A DNA stretch of 39,784 bases from a candidate division WOR-3 bacterium. GTDB taxonomy: Bacteria; Hydrothermota; Hydrothermia; JBDRYB01. The translations under genes and the position numbers were made by a program. The notes beneath the pieces were generated by a model. It saw only the letters and a list, made by a program, of their open reading frames with translations. It did not search any database and had not been told where the DNA came from. Of the stretch, positions 27,793 through 37,839 are shown one piece after another (positions within the stretch are counted from its first letter, which is position 1; each line of letters begins with the position of its first letter). The stretch covers positions 1 to 39,784 of the forward strand of contig JBMFOM010000006.1 in assembly GCA_049969615.1 (NCBI GenBank), written 5' to 3'.

Positions 27793-29103
27793 TCATCCCT
27801 CTCCCAGAACCCTCCTGAACACGGCCTCGGCCTCGGAAAGATAATCGTGTTCAAGAGCATCTATAACCCCTCCTTCCTCAAGGGTCTCGGCTATTTGGGG
27901 ATGGCCTAATGCGGATTCGGTTATGGAAATGCCTTCGTCCATAGCCTTCTGGGAAGCCTCCTTCACCCACGCGTATGCCTCTGCCCTGGGAACACCTGCC
28001 CTCACAAGCGCCAACAGAAGAAGCTGCGACCTATAGAAATCGCCGAATCTCTTCATGTTTTGCTCCATCTGATCCGACTCAATCTCAAGCCCTTTTATTA
28101 CCCCTGTCATCTTTCTGGTCATGTAGAAGAGCAGGCTCGTGGCGTCTGGAAGGATAACACGCTCGGCCGAAGAATTTGAGATGTCCCTCTCGTGCCAGAG
28201 CGTAATGTTCTCAAGCGCGGCTACGACATATCCCCTGAGCAACCTGGCCATGCCGCATATTCTCTCGCAGATTATTGGGTTACGTTTGTGCGGCATTGCC
28301 GAGGAACCGCGCTGGGTTTTGCCGAACGGCTCGGCCATTTCGCGGACCTCTGTCCTTGACAGGTGCCTTATCTCCGTAGCGAGCCGTTCAAGCCCTGAGC
28401 CGGCTATTGCTATAACGCAGAGGAGTTGGGCATACCTGTCCCTGGGAACCACCTGGGTTGAAACCGGTTCCGGCGAAAGCCCCAACTTTTCCATGACCCT
28501 CTCCTCAAGCTCAGTGCCCAGTATTGAGCAGTTACCGACGGTTCCGGATATTTTTCCCATGGAGACGACCTTCTTGGTTTCAATGAGCCTCGCCAAACTT
28601 CTACCTGTCTCGGTGTAAAAACCGAGGAGTTTCAAGCCAAGGGATGTCGGCTCAGCGAACACGCCGTGGGTTCGGCCCATCACCGGCGTCAGTTTATGGG
28701 CAATGGCCTTCTCTCTGAGGACATCATGGAGGCCCTTTGTCTCATCAATCAGGAGCTGACATGCTTCCTTAAGCAGGAGGGCATTCGCAGTATCCACCAC
28801 ATCATAAGAAGTCAGGCCATAATGTAACCAGCGGCCAGGCTCTCCAGCAGTCCTCTCAAGACAGGCCACGAAAGCGATTACATCGTGGTCAAACTGTTTC
28901 TCCAGCTCATCCTGACAGCGGACCAGCTCCTCGTAATCAAGCCCCTCAAGTGAACGCTTGAGTTTATCGGGCACATCCGCCGGAATTATGCCCATCTCTG
29001 CCTGCACCTCAGCGACCGCTATCTCAACCCTGACCCACTGGCGGAGCTGGTTCTCCCTTGACCACAGCTCTTTCATCTCCGCAAGCCAGTATCTCTCTAT
29101 CAT
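27793..29103 (-). CDS. purB: Adenylosuccinate lyase
   Basis: MIERY, HDVIAF, HYGLTSYD, GRTHG, GSSAMPHKRNP, WHERDIS. Confidence 0.96.
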   Translation of the reverse strand: MIERYWLAEMKELWSRENQLRQWVRVEIAVAEVQAEMGIIPADVPDKLKRSLEGLDYEELVRCQDELEKQFDHDVIAFVACLERTAGEPGRWLHYGLTSYDVVDTANALLLKEACQLLIDETKGLHDVLREKAIAHKLTPVMGRTHGVFAEPTSLGLKLLGFYTETGRSLARLIETKKVVSMGKISGTVGNCSILGTELEERVMEKLGLSPEPVSTQVVPRDRYAQLLCVIAIAGSGLERLATEIRHLSRTEVREMAEPFGKTQRGSSAMPHKRNPIICERICGMARLLRGYVVAALENITLWHERDISNSSAERVILPDATSLLFYMTRKMTGVIKGLEIESDQMEQNMKRFGDFYRSQLLLLALVRAGVPRAEAYAWVKEASQKAMDEGISITESALGHPQIAETLEEGGVIDALEHDYLSEAEAVFRRVLGEG

Positions 29104-29171
29104 GGCAATATTATATCGGCCGGCCTGGAGTCAACGCACCAATGGAATGGCTAAAACTATGGGCCAAATTC

Positions 29172-30434
29172 TTATTTAGGGCCTTGGCTGGCCTTGATTC
29201 CGGCCCGCTCATCAAAGTATTCCTCAACCTTCTTCTGGATATCCTCTGGAATCTCCTTCCTCAGAGGAAACTTTTTGGCGCACAGGAGCCTGTCAGATAA
29301 AGCTGTTATCAACTCCATGCTCTCCGAGATTGCCTGGGCCGAGAAGTTCGCGAGACCGTCGCGAGCAGTGTGGCATAGATGGGAACCCCCTCCGCCAGAG
29401 CCTATGTTGAAAGATGGAATACCCTTCCTGGCAAACGGCATGGAATCCGATGAGTATATGTTTTTCTCGGCCTTCAGGGGGAAACCAATCTCCCTTGCTA
29501 GGTGTTCAATGAACGCCAGGGCATCGTCTCCACCTATTGTCATGCAGAATTCTCTGCCCAGGACATCGCCGAGGATGTCAATGTTAATGACCCATAAAAG
29601 GGCATCCAGCTCTTTCTTGCGTTTCTCCGCGTGTGCCTTTGAGCCGAGGAGACCCCTCTCCTCAGAACCACAGAAGAGGAACCTGGCTGTCCTCGCTGGA
29701 GGGTGCTTCGCAAGGTGCTCGGCAAGCAGTATAAGGGCTATTGTCCCGCCCAGGTTGTCAATGACGCCGGGAGAACCGGGCACCGAGTCATAGTGAGCTG
29801 TGAAAAGTATTATTTCTTCGGGTTTCTCGGTTCCCCTTATCTCCGCCAGAACATTTCTGGAATCAACCGCGCTAACGCGCTCTTCTTTCATTAATCTGAC
29901 CCTTCCGGCCGCCCTGATAGCAATCCCGACCTCGTAGTCCACCATGACACCCGGCAATTCGCCATATTTCTCGTATGCCTCCTGAGAGAAGATGGGCCCC
30001 CTTATCTCGCCGAGTGGCGAGCGAACGCAGACAAAACCTTTTGCGCCTCTTTCTTTCAAAGCCTTGTAAAACTTGCCGCGCATGAGGCCGTTCAAAAGCA
30101 CTATCCTGTTCCGAACATCCCTCTCCGGATCCTCCGGATTCTTTATGAAGACCAGATCGCCTCCCACATCACCAGAACCAGTGAGCTCATATGGTGAACA
30201 GGGGAGTTCTCTCCTGCCGATAAAAAGCCTCGCTCTCATAGAAATGGCCTTTTTGATCTTGAAGCTCTCGGTCTTCGGCGAAAAGCCGGCTTTCCTGAGA
30301 AATCCGGCTATGATCTCAGCGGCCCGAGCCTCTTCTGGAGAACCACCGGTTCTCTCAAAGGCAAAAGCCTCTGCCATTTTCATTATCAGATCGGGATTCC
30401 CAGAATCACTATCTGGCCTTGCTCTCTTTCTCAT
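29172..30434 (-). CDS. M28-family metallopeptidase with PA domain
   Basis: TAHYDS, GVIDNLGG, GSEERGLLGS, NIDILG, SSDSMPF, CHTARD; exact start uncertain. Confidence 0.9.
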   Translation of the reverse strand: MRKRARPDSDSGNPDLIMKMAEAFAFERTGGSPEEARAAEIIAGFLRKAGFSPKTESFKIKKAISMRARLFIGRRELPCSPYELTGSGDVGGDLVFIKNPEDPERDVRNRIVLLNGLMRGKFYKALKERGAKGFVCVRSPLGEIRGPIFSQEAYEKYGELPGVMVDYEVGIAIRAAGRVRLMKEERVSAVDSRNVLAEIRGTEKPEEIILFTAHYDSVPGSPGVIDNLGGTIALILLAEHLAKHPPARTARFLFCGSEERGLLGSKAHAEKRKKELDALLWVINIDILGDVLGREFCMTIGGDDALAFIEHLAREIGFPLKAEKNIYSSDSMPFARKGIPSFNIGSGGGGSHLCHTARDGLANFSAQAISESMELITALSDRLLCAKKFPLRKEIPEDIQKKVEEYFDERAGIKASQGPK

Positions 30435-32802
30435 CCTTTTTTCTCCTTATAGGGAATATCAGACAAAGGGCAACGAAGAGGAGGGAAAGCCCCATGCTCA
30501 ACAGGCCGAGCTTCTCAAGCCTCGCGTCATACCAGAGCTCAACCCGGTGCCTGCCTTCAGGTATAACCACGCCCATTAGGGTGTAATCCACGCGGAGGGC
30601 TTTTGTCTCCTGGCCGTCCAGCCTCGCCTTCCAGAAGGGATACCAGTTCCCGGAATATATCATGATGGCCGGGGCGTCAGTCTCGGTCTCTACCAGGATC
30701 CTGTTTGGCTCATAATTGAGTATTCTCGTTGACCACTGTCCGAGCTTGCCCAGCGCGACCTTTGGCGCGTCCTTTGAGTCAAAAACCGCGACCCGGTGCA
30801 GATCAACCCGCTTCATCTCCTCCAAGACCCCTTTGCCCTCGGATACTACAAAGGAATCAACGATAAAAGTCCTGGGCAAGTAATTCCTGTTTCTGAACAA
30901 CTGCGCCTCTCTGGTGGCGTATATAAGGTCAAAGTGCATGGGCGAGAGAAAACCCAGTATGGGCGCGAGGACCTGCACCTGATCAGGCGGAACCAGGGAG
31001 AGGTCTCTCGGCAGTGGCTGACAAACCACATACTTCACATTCAGGATGTCAACGAAATCCGGATACCGGAGGAGGTTGGGGCACGCTAGTGGATGGAACA
31101 TTATGGTTGTCAGGCTGTCCTCAAGGAGCTCCATATATGGTTTCAATTGCTGGCCGTGGTGGCCGGCCATGTTCTCAAAGCCATGCTCCATAAGGTAGTT
31201 ATCGTCCATGTGCCAGAACATAGGCATGACGCGGAACACATCGTCGTCCTTCTCCATGTGCCGGATCATCTCGTCCTTCGCGTAGTAGAACTTCGGCTCT
31301 GGAATGGCCTTTATGAAATCCTTGTCCACCAACCACAGGTCAGCGGCCACCGTAACACCAGCTATTACAAGGAAGAAAATAGCCCTCAGCTTTTTCCTCG
31401 CCCAAGCCCCGGCCACGAACCATAGAATTGCCATGAGGATTCCAACCCTGAGGATGCCCTCGGGAACAGCAGAGAAATTCAGGTTCAGAGCGGCGAGCTT
31501 TGCCTGATCCTGGACAGAAAATGCGGATGCCAGAAAATCCCTAAAACCATCGCCCATGACCAAGGCTATTATGCCGAGGAGGATCACCACGCCTATGCCC
31601 ACAAGCGCTCCCTTCTGCATCTTCTTAATGCTCCCCGATTTCTCGCGGAGGGTCTCAAGCCCAACAGCGGCAAGGATGTTAAGCGAAAAAGCGGAGAGTA
31701 TAAAAGCCATGCCGTGGGCGCGGAACTTCTTGAAGCCTGGCAGGATATAGTAGAATAACTTGAAAAGGGGCGTGTGGCCCGCAAGAGCTATTATCGTGAA
31801 CACAACAAAAAGCGCGAGGGCGGCCGCGGTTCGCCTCTTTTTTATGGCTATAGCAAGCGAAAGGGCCGGGAAGAGAGCGGCAAAGGCACCAACATAGCTA
31901 GCGTCGTGCTTGAGGGGGTTTGGTCCCCAATATGAGTCCAGGTATCCGCCAAAACCGGGGAAGACCGCGCCGATGAGGTCAGTCCAATAGATTGGATAGG
32001 TTATCGCGTATTCGTAACCCTTGCCAACTCTGGGCGAGAAGGTCTGAGAATAATATAGAGCGGGCAGGAACTGGGCCGCGGAGACCGTGACGCCGAGAAT
32101 GCACATTACAGCAAAATAGCCCATCCTCTTTAACAGACCGGGCCATTTGATCCCATCCCTGAATCCCCAAACCAGAGAAAAGAGAAACCATATGCCCGCG
32201 GCAAGGTAGGTGTAATAGGCCATCTGTGCGTGAGGTGAGAGGAAACATAGACCCAGGAGCAATCCGCCAACAGCGAAATATCTGAGACGACCCTTTTCCA
32301 TTCCAGCGTCAAGGGCATATATCACTCCAGGCAAAAGGGACGCGACGATGAATTTTCCGTCATGCCCTGCGAAAACCAAGCTAATCAGGGAGCTCGTGAA
32401 AGCGTAGGAAAGCCCGACCAAGAAAGCGGTCTCCCTGCTCGCCTTCATGCGGTTCTTGACGAAGAAGTATGTCAGTACGGCCGCCAGGACCCCGTGGACG
32501 ATGAAGACCCAGTTCATCACCAGGTGAACAGGCAAGAAGAACCTGAAAAGCGCGGTGGGATAGAAGATGTCCCCGTGCAGGACGCCCACAAAGGGCATTC
32601 CGCCATACATGTAGGGGTCCCACCAGGGGAACGCGCCGAAGGTCCTTATCGCATTAATCATGAACTCGCGCCACTGCAACGAGCCAGAAGTCTGGTCATA
32701 GGCAAGGAGCATCTGGCCAGGGCCCAGGAAATCCCTGAACATAGCCAGCATCAAGAAAACATAAACCAGGATGGCGAGGATGTCTGGGTTTATTTTCTTC
32801 AT
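30409..32802 (-). CDS. YfhO-family polytopic membrane protein (GT-C-like)
   Basis: PWWDPYMYGGMPF...FYP N-terminus, HAQMAYY, YVG, C-terminal WYPFWKA.LDG...GVVIPEGRHRVELWY plus a final TM helix. Confidence 0.87.
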   Translation of the reverse strand: MKKINPDILAILVYVFLMLAMFRDFLGPGQMLLAYDQTSGSLQWREFMINAIRTFGAFPWWDPYMYGGMPFVGVLHGDIFYPTALFRFFLPVHLVMNWVFIVHGVLAAVLTYFFVKNRMKASRETAFLVGLSYAFTSSLISLVFAGHDGKFIVASLLPGVIYALDAGMEKGRLRYFAVGGLLLGLCFLSPHAQMAYYTYLAAGIWFLFSLVWGFRDGIKWPGLLKRMGYFAVMCILGVTVSAAQFLPALYYSQTFSPRVGKGYEYAITYPIYWTDLIGAVFPGFGGYLDSYWGPNPLKHDASYVGAFAALFPALSLAIAIKKRRTAAALALFVVFTIIALAGHTPLFKLFYYILPGFKKFRAHGMAFILSAFSLNILAAVGLETLREKSGSIKKMQKGALVGIGVVILLGIIALVMGDGFRDFLASAFSVQDQAKLAALNLNFSAVPEGILRVGILMAILWFVAGAWARKKLRAIFFLVIAGVTVAADLWLVDKDFIKAIPEPKFYYAKDEMIRHMEKDDDVFRVMPMFWHMDDNYLMEHGFENMAGHHGQQLKPYMELLEDSLTTIMFHPLACPNLLRYPDFVDILNVKYVVCQPLPRDLSLVPPDQVQVLAPILGFLSPMHFDLIYATREAQLFRNRNYLPRTFIVDSFVVSEGKGVLEEMKRVDLHRVAVFDSKDAPKVALGKLGQWSTRILNYEPNRILVETETDAPAIMIYSGNWYPFWKARLDGQETKALRVDYTLMGVVIPEGRHRVELWYDARLEKLGLLSMGLSLLFVALCLIFPIRRKKDEKESKAR

Positions 32803-32844
32803 AGGGGAAAGTATAAACCGGGAGGGAGGGGCCGTTCACCAGTT

Positions 32845-32895
32845 GAAACCCCTGAAAAATCCCGGTTTGTCCTTGGTCCCCATCCGGGAGCCTCA
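32845..32895 (+). repeat. Repeat module A, copy 4 (left half)
   Basis: GAAACCCCTGAAAAATCCCGGTTTGTCCTTGGTCCCCATCCGGGAGCCTCA. Confidence 0.85.
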
Positions 32896-33079
32896 CAGAC
32901 CCTGGAAGGAGCACCTTCAGCGCGGCCCGGAAGGGAATGGGTGTTTGCCTGATCGCTGTCATCGCGGCTGAGATAGGCGACATTCTAGTTCTAAAAATGC
33001 GGCCCGGAGCGGATCTTATCTGAGACAGCTTCTCAATAACCCTATTCTGGTTCTAATATAGGGGATAAGTCGCCGGTTA

Positions 33080-34162
33080 TCATCTCTTTACCCTCATGAA
33101 CGCAGGCAGGGACAGGAGGAGAAACACCCCGTTCGGGAGCCACGCGGAGAGAATGGGGTTCATCCCGCCCGTATCCCCTAGGGTTCGTGAAGCCTGCAGG
33201 AACGCCCAGTAGAAGAAAGCGACCATTATGCTTATGCCAAAACCCCAAGCGCGCGAGACACCGCGCATTGACGCGGCAAGTGGAAGAGCAAACAGAAGAA
33301 TTATGAAGTTCATGAACGGGAAGGAATAACGGACATTCACCTCAACCGTCTCGCTGTAATATTCCATGCCGGCCTTTTTAAGAGCGCCTATTCTCCTTGT
33401 GAGGTCTGATACGGTTAAGTCAGTCAGCTCCTTCGGGGATTTAAGGAGTTCAAAGGGCGACTCGGTTATGTCCGGATAATCCTTTTTGTCATAATGGCTC
33501 GTTAGCACTGCCCCATCATTGAACTGTCTCTCAACCACCCTGTATAGGAACCAGTGGCCATCCCTAAACTCTCCCTTCAGAGCGTCCACGCGCCGGAGGA
33601 CATTTCCGCCGGTGTCAGTATCCATTATGATTAGTTCTGTTCCGGTGCTTTGGCGAGCATCTATTTTCTTGAAGAAGAAAAACCTTCGTTCCGTTCCGAA
33701 AAAGGCCAGGTTCTCAGCCTGGGTCCTGAGGCGCGCGGTCTCCCTCTTCAGTATCTTGACAGCTTTTGTCTCTCGCGCTCGCTCCATGCCAGTTGGGACA
33801 AGTTCCATATTGGCCCAAAGGGTGAGGCCTGTCATGGCCGCGCCAAAAACCAGGATTGGAACAAATGTCCGTAGGGCATCAACGCCAGAGGCCTTCATCG
33901 CGAGGAGCTCGTTGCGCATGGCGAACTCGCCGAGGGAGAAGAACGTCGCAAGCAGAAGCGCGACCGGCATCAGGAGAACCGCGAGATAGGGAACCTGGTA
34001 GGCGTAGTACTCAAGGATATGGAGGGGATTCGGTTTCCGGGCTATCAGGCTACTCATCTGTTCAAAGAAGTTTATTATTATGTAAAGAGCAATTATCCCC
34101 GCGGCTATGACTATAAACAGCCGCAGGAACTCCCTTATGACATACCGGTCAAGGGTCCTCAA
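33080..34162 (-). CDS. LptF/LptG-family LPS export ABC permease (LptG-like)
   Basis: MRTLDRYVIREF, NELLAMKASG, periplasmic beta region, PILSAWLPN. Confidence 0.9.
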   Translation of the reverse strand: MRTLDRYVIREFLRLFIVIAAGIIALYIIINFFEQMSSLIARKPNPLHILEYYAYQVPYLAVLLMPVALLLATFFSLGEFAMRNELLAMKASGVDALRTFVPILVFGAAMTGLTLWANMELVPTGMERARETKAVKILKRETARLRTQAENLAFFGTERRFFFFKKIDARQSTGTELIIMDTDTGGNVLRRVDALKGEFRDGHWFLYRVVERQFNDGAVLTSHYDKKDYPDITESPFELLKSPKELTDLTVSDLTRRIGALKKAGMEYYSETVEVNVRYSFPFMNFIILLFALPLAASMRGVSRAWGFGISIMVAFFYWAFLQASRTLGDTGGMNPILSAWLPNGVFLLLSLPAFMRVKR

Positions 34163-34278
34163 GGGAGAAATTATACCGGGCCATTGCGATGAGGAACAAA
34201 CCCTCCGTTATAGAGGTAAGGTAATGAGGTATCTTTGCACCCAGGGGAAAGGGATTCCGGGCTAACAGGGACCGACAA

Positions 34279-34704
34279 CTAGAGTCTAAGCGCGTAGGTT
34301 ATCCCATCCTCGGTTCCGTAGAACCGAGGATTATACCTGATCTGCACAAAACCGAGTCCCTCGTAAAACCTTCTGGCTCTCTGATTTGAGACCCTAACAT
34401 CAAGAACTATTGCCGCCCTCCCGGTTTGCCTTGCCTCATCAATACACCTCTGGAGGAGGGCTTTGCCGAGACCCTCGCCCCTCCTGTCCTCGCGGATTGC
34501 TATGTTGGCAACATACAGGTAATCAACCATATCCCATGCCACCAGATACCCTACAATCTCGCCATCATCTAGAACCCAAAAGCGCGTTCCAGCCTTCACG
34601 AGTTCAGAAACAAAAGCATTTCTGCTCCATGGACCAACAAATGAGGCACGTTCTATTGCCATGATGGGTTCAATATCCTCTGGCCTCGCCGGCCTTATCT
34701 CCAT
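34279..34704 (-). CDS. rimI: Ribosomal protein S18-alanine N-acetyltransferase (start revised to 34704)
   Basis: IERASF..PWS, NIAI, RGEGLG, LDVRVSN, FYEGLGF, FYGTEDG. Confidence 0.85.
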   Translation of the reverse strand: MEIRPARPEDIEPIMAIERASFVGPWSRNAFVSELVKAGTRFWVLDDGEIVGYLVAWDMVDYLYVANIAIREDRRGEGLGKALLQRCIDEARQTGRAAIVLDVRVSNQRARRFYEGLGFVQIRYNPRFYGTEDGITYALRL

Positions 34705-34710
34705 GCTAAG

Positions 34711-34751
34711 ATTATAACCCACTCTCTGCGCAGGATCATGTATTTGAGTAT
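34711..34751 (-). promoter_or_regulatory. Repeat module B, copy 3, forming the probable leaderless rimI promoter
   Basis: Minus strand ATACTCAAATAC-ATGATC-CTGCGCAGAGAGTGGGT(17)-TATAAT, then 6 nt to the ATG. Confidence 0.7.
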
Positions 34752-34850
34752 CCGGTTAGACCGAATAGAACCGCGGCAATGCTCATAAATTCCTGTGTTT
34801 CTTGGAGCTCCCAGATTTGGCGGCGGCTGGGTTCCCAAGATAAACTGAGG

Positions 34851-34920
34851 AATGTTATATAGGTTGAACCCTTAATAAAATTCAAAACTTACGACCTGCC
34901 GCAAAGTCTGGTTATAATCC
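34851..34920 (+). repeat. Repeat module C, copy 2, ending in TATAAT facing the V-ATPase genes
   Basis: AATGTTAT...CTTACGACCTGCCGCAAAGTCTGGTTATAATCC; homologous to 23741-23808. Confidence 0.75.
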
Positions 34921-35034
34921 AGTCTCCCAGCAGATTGCCATGCCTGAGATCAGGGTTATGTCCGCGCGGGTATGACTGGGTTTGGGTTGATCTTAGTTGT
35001 CCGGGGCCACGCGCTTGGATTAAACTTTGTGCCT

Positions 35035-36873
35035 TTGATAGCAAAGGTTCTCAAGGTTGAGATAACAGCCAGGAAGGACGACTTCTGGCCCGTTCTTAAT
35101 GCGATAAAACGCGCCGGCACCTTGCACCTGGAACCCGTTGAGGCCGAAACTGAGGCGCTTGGACTTACGAAAAAAGAGGCGGAGGAAGAACGGACTCTAT
35201 CCGCCCTTCTGCCATTATTCAGGGAGATGGAGAGAGCCTCACACGGCTTGGCGGAATCAGAGCCTCTTGAGCTGGGCACCGAGCAGGTAGCAAAGGAAAC
35301 AAGGGACATATATGATAGGTTCAAGGGCGCGCTTGAACGCCTGGAAGAGGTGAGGTCAAGGCTCAAGGTTATGACAGATCACAAAAGGGTCCTGGCCGCG
35401 GCCGCCCGTGTCTCGCCTGGAGGCAAGGAGCATCTGATCATAACCCTGTCCAGGGAAGAACTCCGGCACCTCAACCGGATCAAAGAATTCATAAGGGAAC
35501 GCGGGGCAGAACCAGAGCTTGAGGTCGTGGAGGTAGCCGCTAGCAGGGTCGCGGTGGTGATACCGGCCTCCGGGTTCCTCTCGGAGCTGAGAGAATTCAT
35601 TTATAAAGAAGGTTTCAACGAGTTGAGGCTACCGGAGTCGTTGTCCGAACTCAGCCCTGGCGAGGCAATGAACAGGCTAGAGAGGGAACTTGAGAGGCTC
35701 CCAGCCGAGATAAAGGGAGCCGAGGAAAAACTCACCGGGCTTCTCTTTGATGTCGGGAGGAGGCTCTCCACGCTCATGGCCACCGCTCTCGATCGGCTCG
35801 CGTGTCTCAGGATTAAGGCCGAAATGGCCAGGGGCGGGAGGTTCACCTTTGCTATCAGGGGCTGGGTTCTTGAGGAACAAAAGGACACGTTTGCGTCGGC
35901 CCTGAAAGGCCTGCCTGTCGCGGTTAGCTTCAGCAAACCAGACAAAGGGGAATATCACCGCGTCCCCGTTAGACTGAGAAATCCTGGATTTGTTAGGCCA
36001 TTTGAGGCAATACTCGGCATATATCAGCTCCCCATGTATGGGACATTTGACCCCACCTGGACGCTTTGGTTCTTCTTCCCCATATACTTCGGTTTTATGC
36101 TTGGTGATATTGGATACGGTATAGTGGCGCTCGTCATATTCGGTTTCATGAGAGCACTCTCAAAGCCGAGAACGATGCTCAGGGATTTCTCAAACCTCTT
36201 CCTGTGGGCCGCTGGCTGGACAATAGTCTTTGGCATAGCCTATGGCGAGTTTTTTGGCACACTGGGCGAGGCAATGGGCATGAAGCCCCTGCTGATTCAC
36301 CGGCTCCACGACATAACCTACATGCTCCTCGCCGCGGTTGGTTTTGGGGTGCTCCAGGTCCTAATGGGAATATTGCTGTCTTTCATAAACAACATGAGGC
36401 TCGGCCATCACAAGCACGCGATCTATGAGATAGCGAGGTTTTTTGGCATAGCGGGAATACTCGCCGTTGTTCTCGCTCTTACAAAGGTTCTCCCGCCCCT
36501 CGCGCTCTGGATCGGCCTGGGAACCATCCTGACGAGCCTCCCGCTGGTCGTCTGGGTGGAGGGTTTCATCGCTCCCCTGGAGATGCTCTCTGCCATAGGG
36601 AACATGATGAGCTTTGCCCGACTCATGGCAATAGGTCTGGCTTCTGCAATATTGGCAATGATAGCCAACATCTTCTACTCCAAGATCCCGCTCCTCATAG
36701 GAGGGCTCATCGTTGCCATTCTCTTCCACATCTTGAACACGGTCCTGGGGATATTTGACCCGACCATACAGGGCTTGAGGCTCCAGTTCGTGGAGTTTTT
36801 CTCAAAGTTTTACATCACAGGAACAAAAGCATTCAAACCTTTACGGATAGGAGGAAAAGACTATGTTTCGTAG
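35035..36873 (+). CDS. ntpI: V/A-type ATP synthase subunit I (start probably TTG at 35035)
   Basis: IRGWV, PVRLRNP, FDPT, FGFMLGDIGYG, YGEFFG, SFARLMAIGLA, LRLQFVEFFSKFY. Confidence 0.93.
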   Translation: MIAKVLKVEITARKDDFWPVLNAIKRAGTLHLEPVEAETEALGLTKKEAEEERTLSALLPLFREMERASHGLAESEPLELGTEQVAKETRDIYDRFKGALERLEEVRSRLKVMTDHKRVLAAAARVSPGGKEHLIITLSREELRHLNRIKEFIRERGAEPELEVVEVAASRVAVVIPASGFLSELREFIYKEGFNELRLPESLSELSPGEAMNRLERELERLPAEIKGAEEKLTGLLFDVGRRLSTLMATALDRLACLRIKAEMARGGRFTFAIRGWVLEEQKDTFASALKGLPVAVSFSKPDKGEYHRVPVRLRNPGFVRPFEAILGIYQLPMYGTFDPTWTLWFFFPIYFGFMLGDIGYGIVALVIFGFMRALSKPRTMLRDFSNLFLWAAGWTIVFGIAYGEFFGTLGEAMGMKPLLIHRLHDITYMLLAAVGFGVLQVLMGILLSFINNMRLGHHKHAIYEIARFFGIAGILAVVLALTKVLPPLALWIGLGTILTSLPLVVWVEGFIAPLEMLSAIGNMMSFARLMAIGLASAILAMIANIFYSKIPLLIGGLIVAILFHILNTVLGIFDPTIQGLRLQFVEFFSKFYITGTKAFKPLRIGGKDYVS

Positions 36874-37171
36874 GATAGGAACCTACCTGTTAGCTGGTAT
36901 AGGCGCCCTGCTGGGTTTCGTTGGCATCGCCTTCGCACAGGAGGCCGCAGCACACGCTGGCAAGGACCCGCTTGTCTATATAGCCTCAACAATAGCGGTA
37001 TCTCTTCCGGCAATAGCGACCGGCTATGCACAGGCAAAGATAGGAGCGGCTGGGTCTGGCGCTCTAGCGGAGAACCGGGAGCTCTTCGTCCCCATAATGA
37101 TCCTGGTCGCCCTACCTGAGACCGCTGTAATCCTTGGATTCGTGATAGCCATACTCGTCCTCTTCGTGTAA
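36863..37171 (+). CDS. ntpK: V/A-type ATP synthase proteolipid subunit K/c
   Basis: AQAKIGAAG.GALAE...LPETAVILGFVIA single hairpin with conserved Glu; signal-like N-terminal extension; GGAGG SD. Confidence 0.92.
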   Translation: MFRRIGTYLLAGIGALLGFVGIAFAQEAAAHAGKDPLVYIASTIAVSLPAIATGYAQAKIGAAGSGALAENRELFVPIMILVALPETAVILGFVIAILVLFV

Positions 37172-37196
37172 AAAGTGCCCTAACACCACACCGGAC

Positions 37197-37775
37197 ATGG
37201 ACGAGAGGATTGAGCGTCTGGCACGCGAGTCCGCTGACGTGGAGGCGTGGTCAGGTGAGGTCTCTGCTAGGGATGAGGCCTGGCGGATAATCGCCAGCGT
37301 GGAAAACGAGGCCGCGGCCGTAATAGAACGGGCTGAACGAACGGCAGAAAAATGGCTGGCCGCCGAGAGGGCAAAAAGGCTTGGAGAGGCCCACGGACGT
37401 ATCCTGGAAAGCAGTCTCACAATCAAACACAGGGCAGTGGAAAGGGCAACCACGAGGGCAAGGGAAACCCTTACGGAGCTCAGGGATAACCCCCAACAAT
37501 ACGAGCCAGTCCTTGAGAAGTTGATCTTGGAGGCAACCAGAGGCATTGAAAACCCTCTCGTTGAGGTTGCGCCCCGCGATGTTGAGATGGCCGAAGAAAT
37601 CCTTAGGAAAAACGGTATAAAGGGTGAAGTCCGTCCCTCATCCTCTGTGGACGCCGGTGCTGTTGTTCGGGATACCACCAGAGGTTTTAGCGTCTATAAC
37701 ACCTTTTCCGAGCGTCTGAGAAAGGCCGCTGAACTACTGCTTTCCCGATTCGGAGAGGTTTTCGGCACAGAATAA
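37197..37775 (+). CDS. ntpE: V/A-type ATP synthase subunit E
   Basis: N-terminal coiled coil, AGAVV...VYNTFSERL C-terminal motif; position after I and K. Confidence 0.8.
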   Translation: MDERIERLARESADVEAWSGEVSARDEAWRIIASVENEAAAVIERAERTAEKWLAAERAKRLGEAHGRILESSLTIKHRAVERATTRARETLTELRDNPQQYEPVLEKLILEATRGIENPLVEVAPRDVEMAEEILRKNGIKGEVRPSSSVDAGAVVRDTTRGFSVYNTFSERLRKAAELLLSRFGEVFGTE

Positions 37776-37839
37776 AACGCCGAGACCTCTGATAAAGTAG
37801 CGATAACTTGCTAGTTTGGGAGAGGAGCACTTTGTCTAA

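Noticed and set aside
32896-33079. Short matches such as AAGGAGCACC shared with the 23.99 kb region
   Set aside because: Too short (about 10 nt) to distinguish from chance without a genome-wide search
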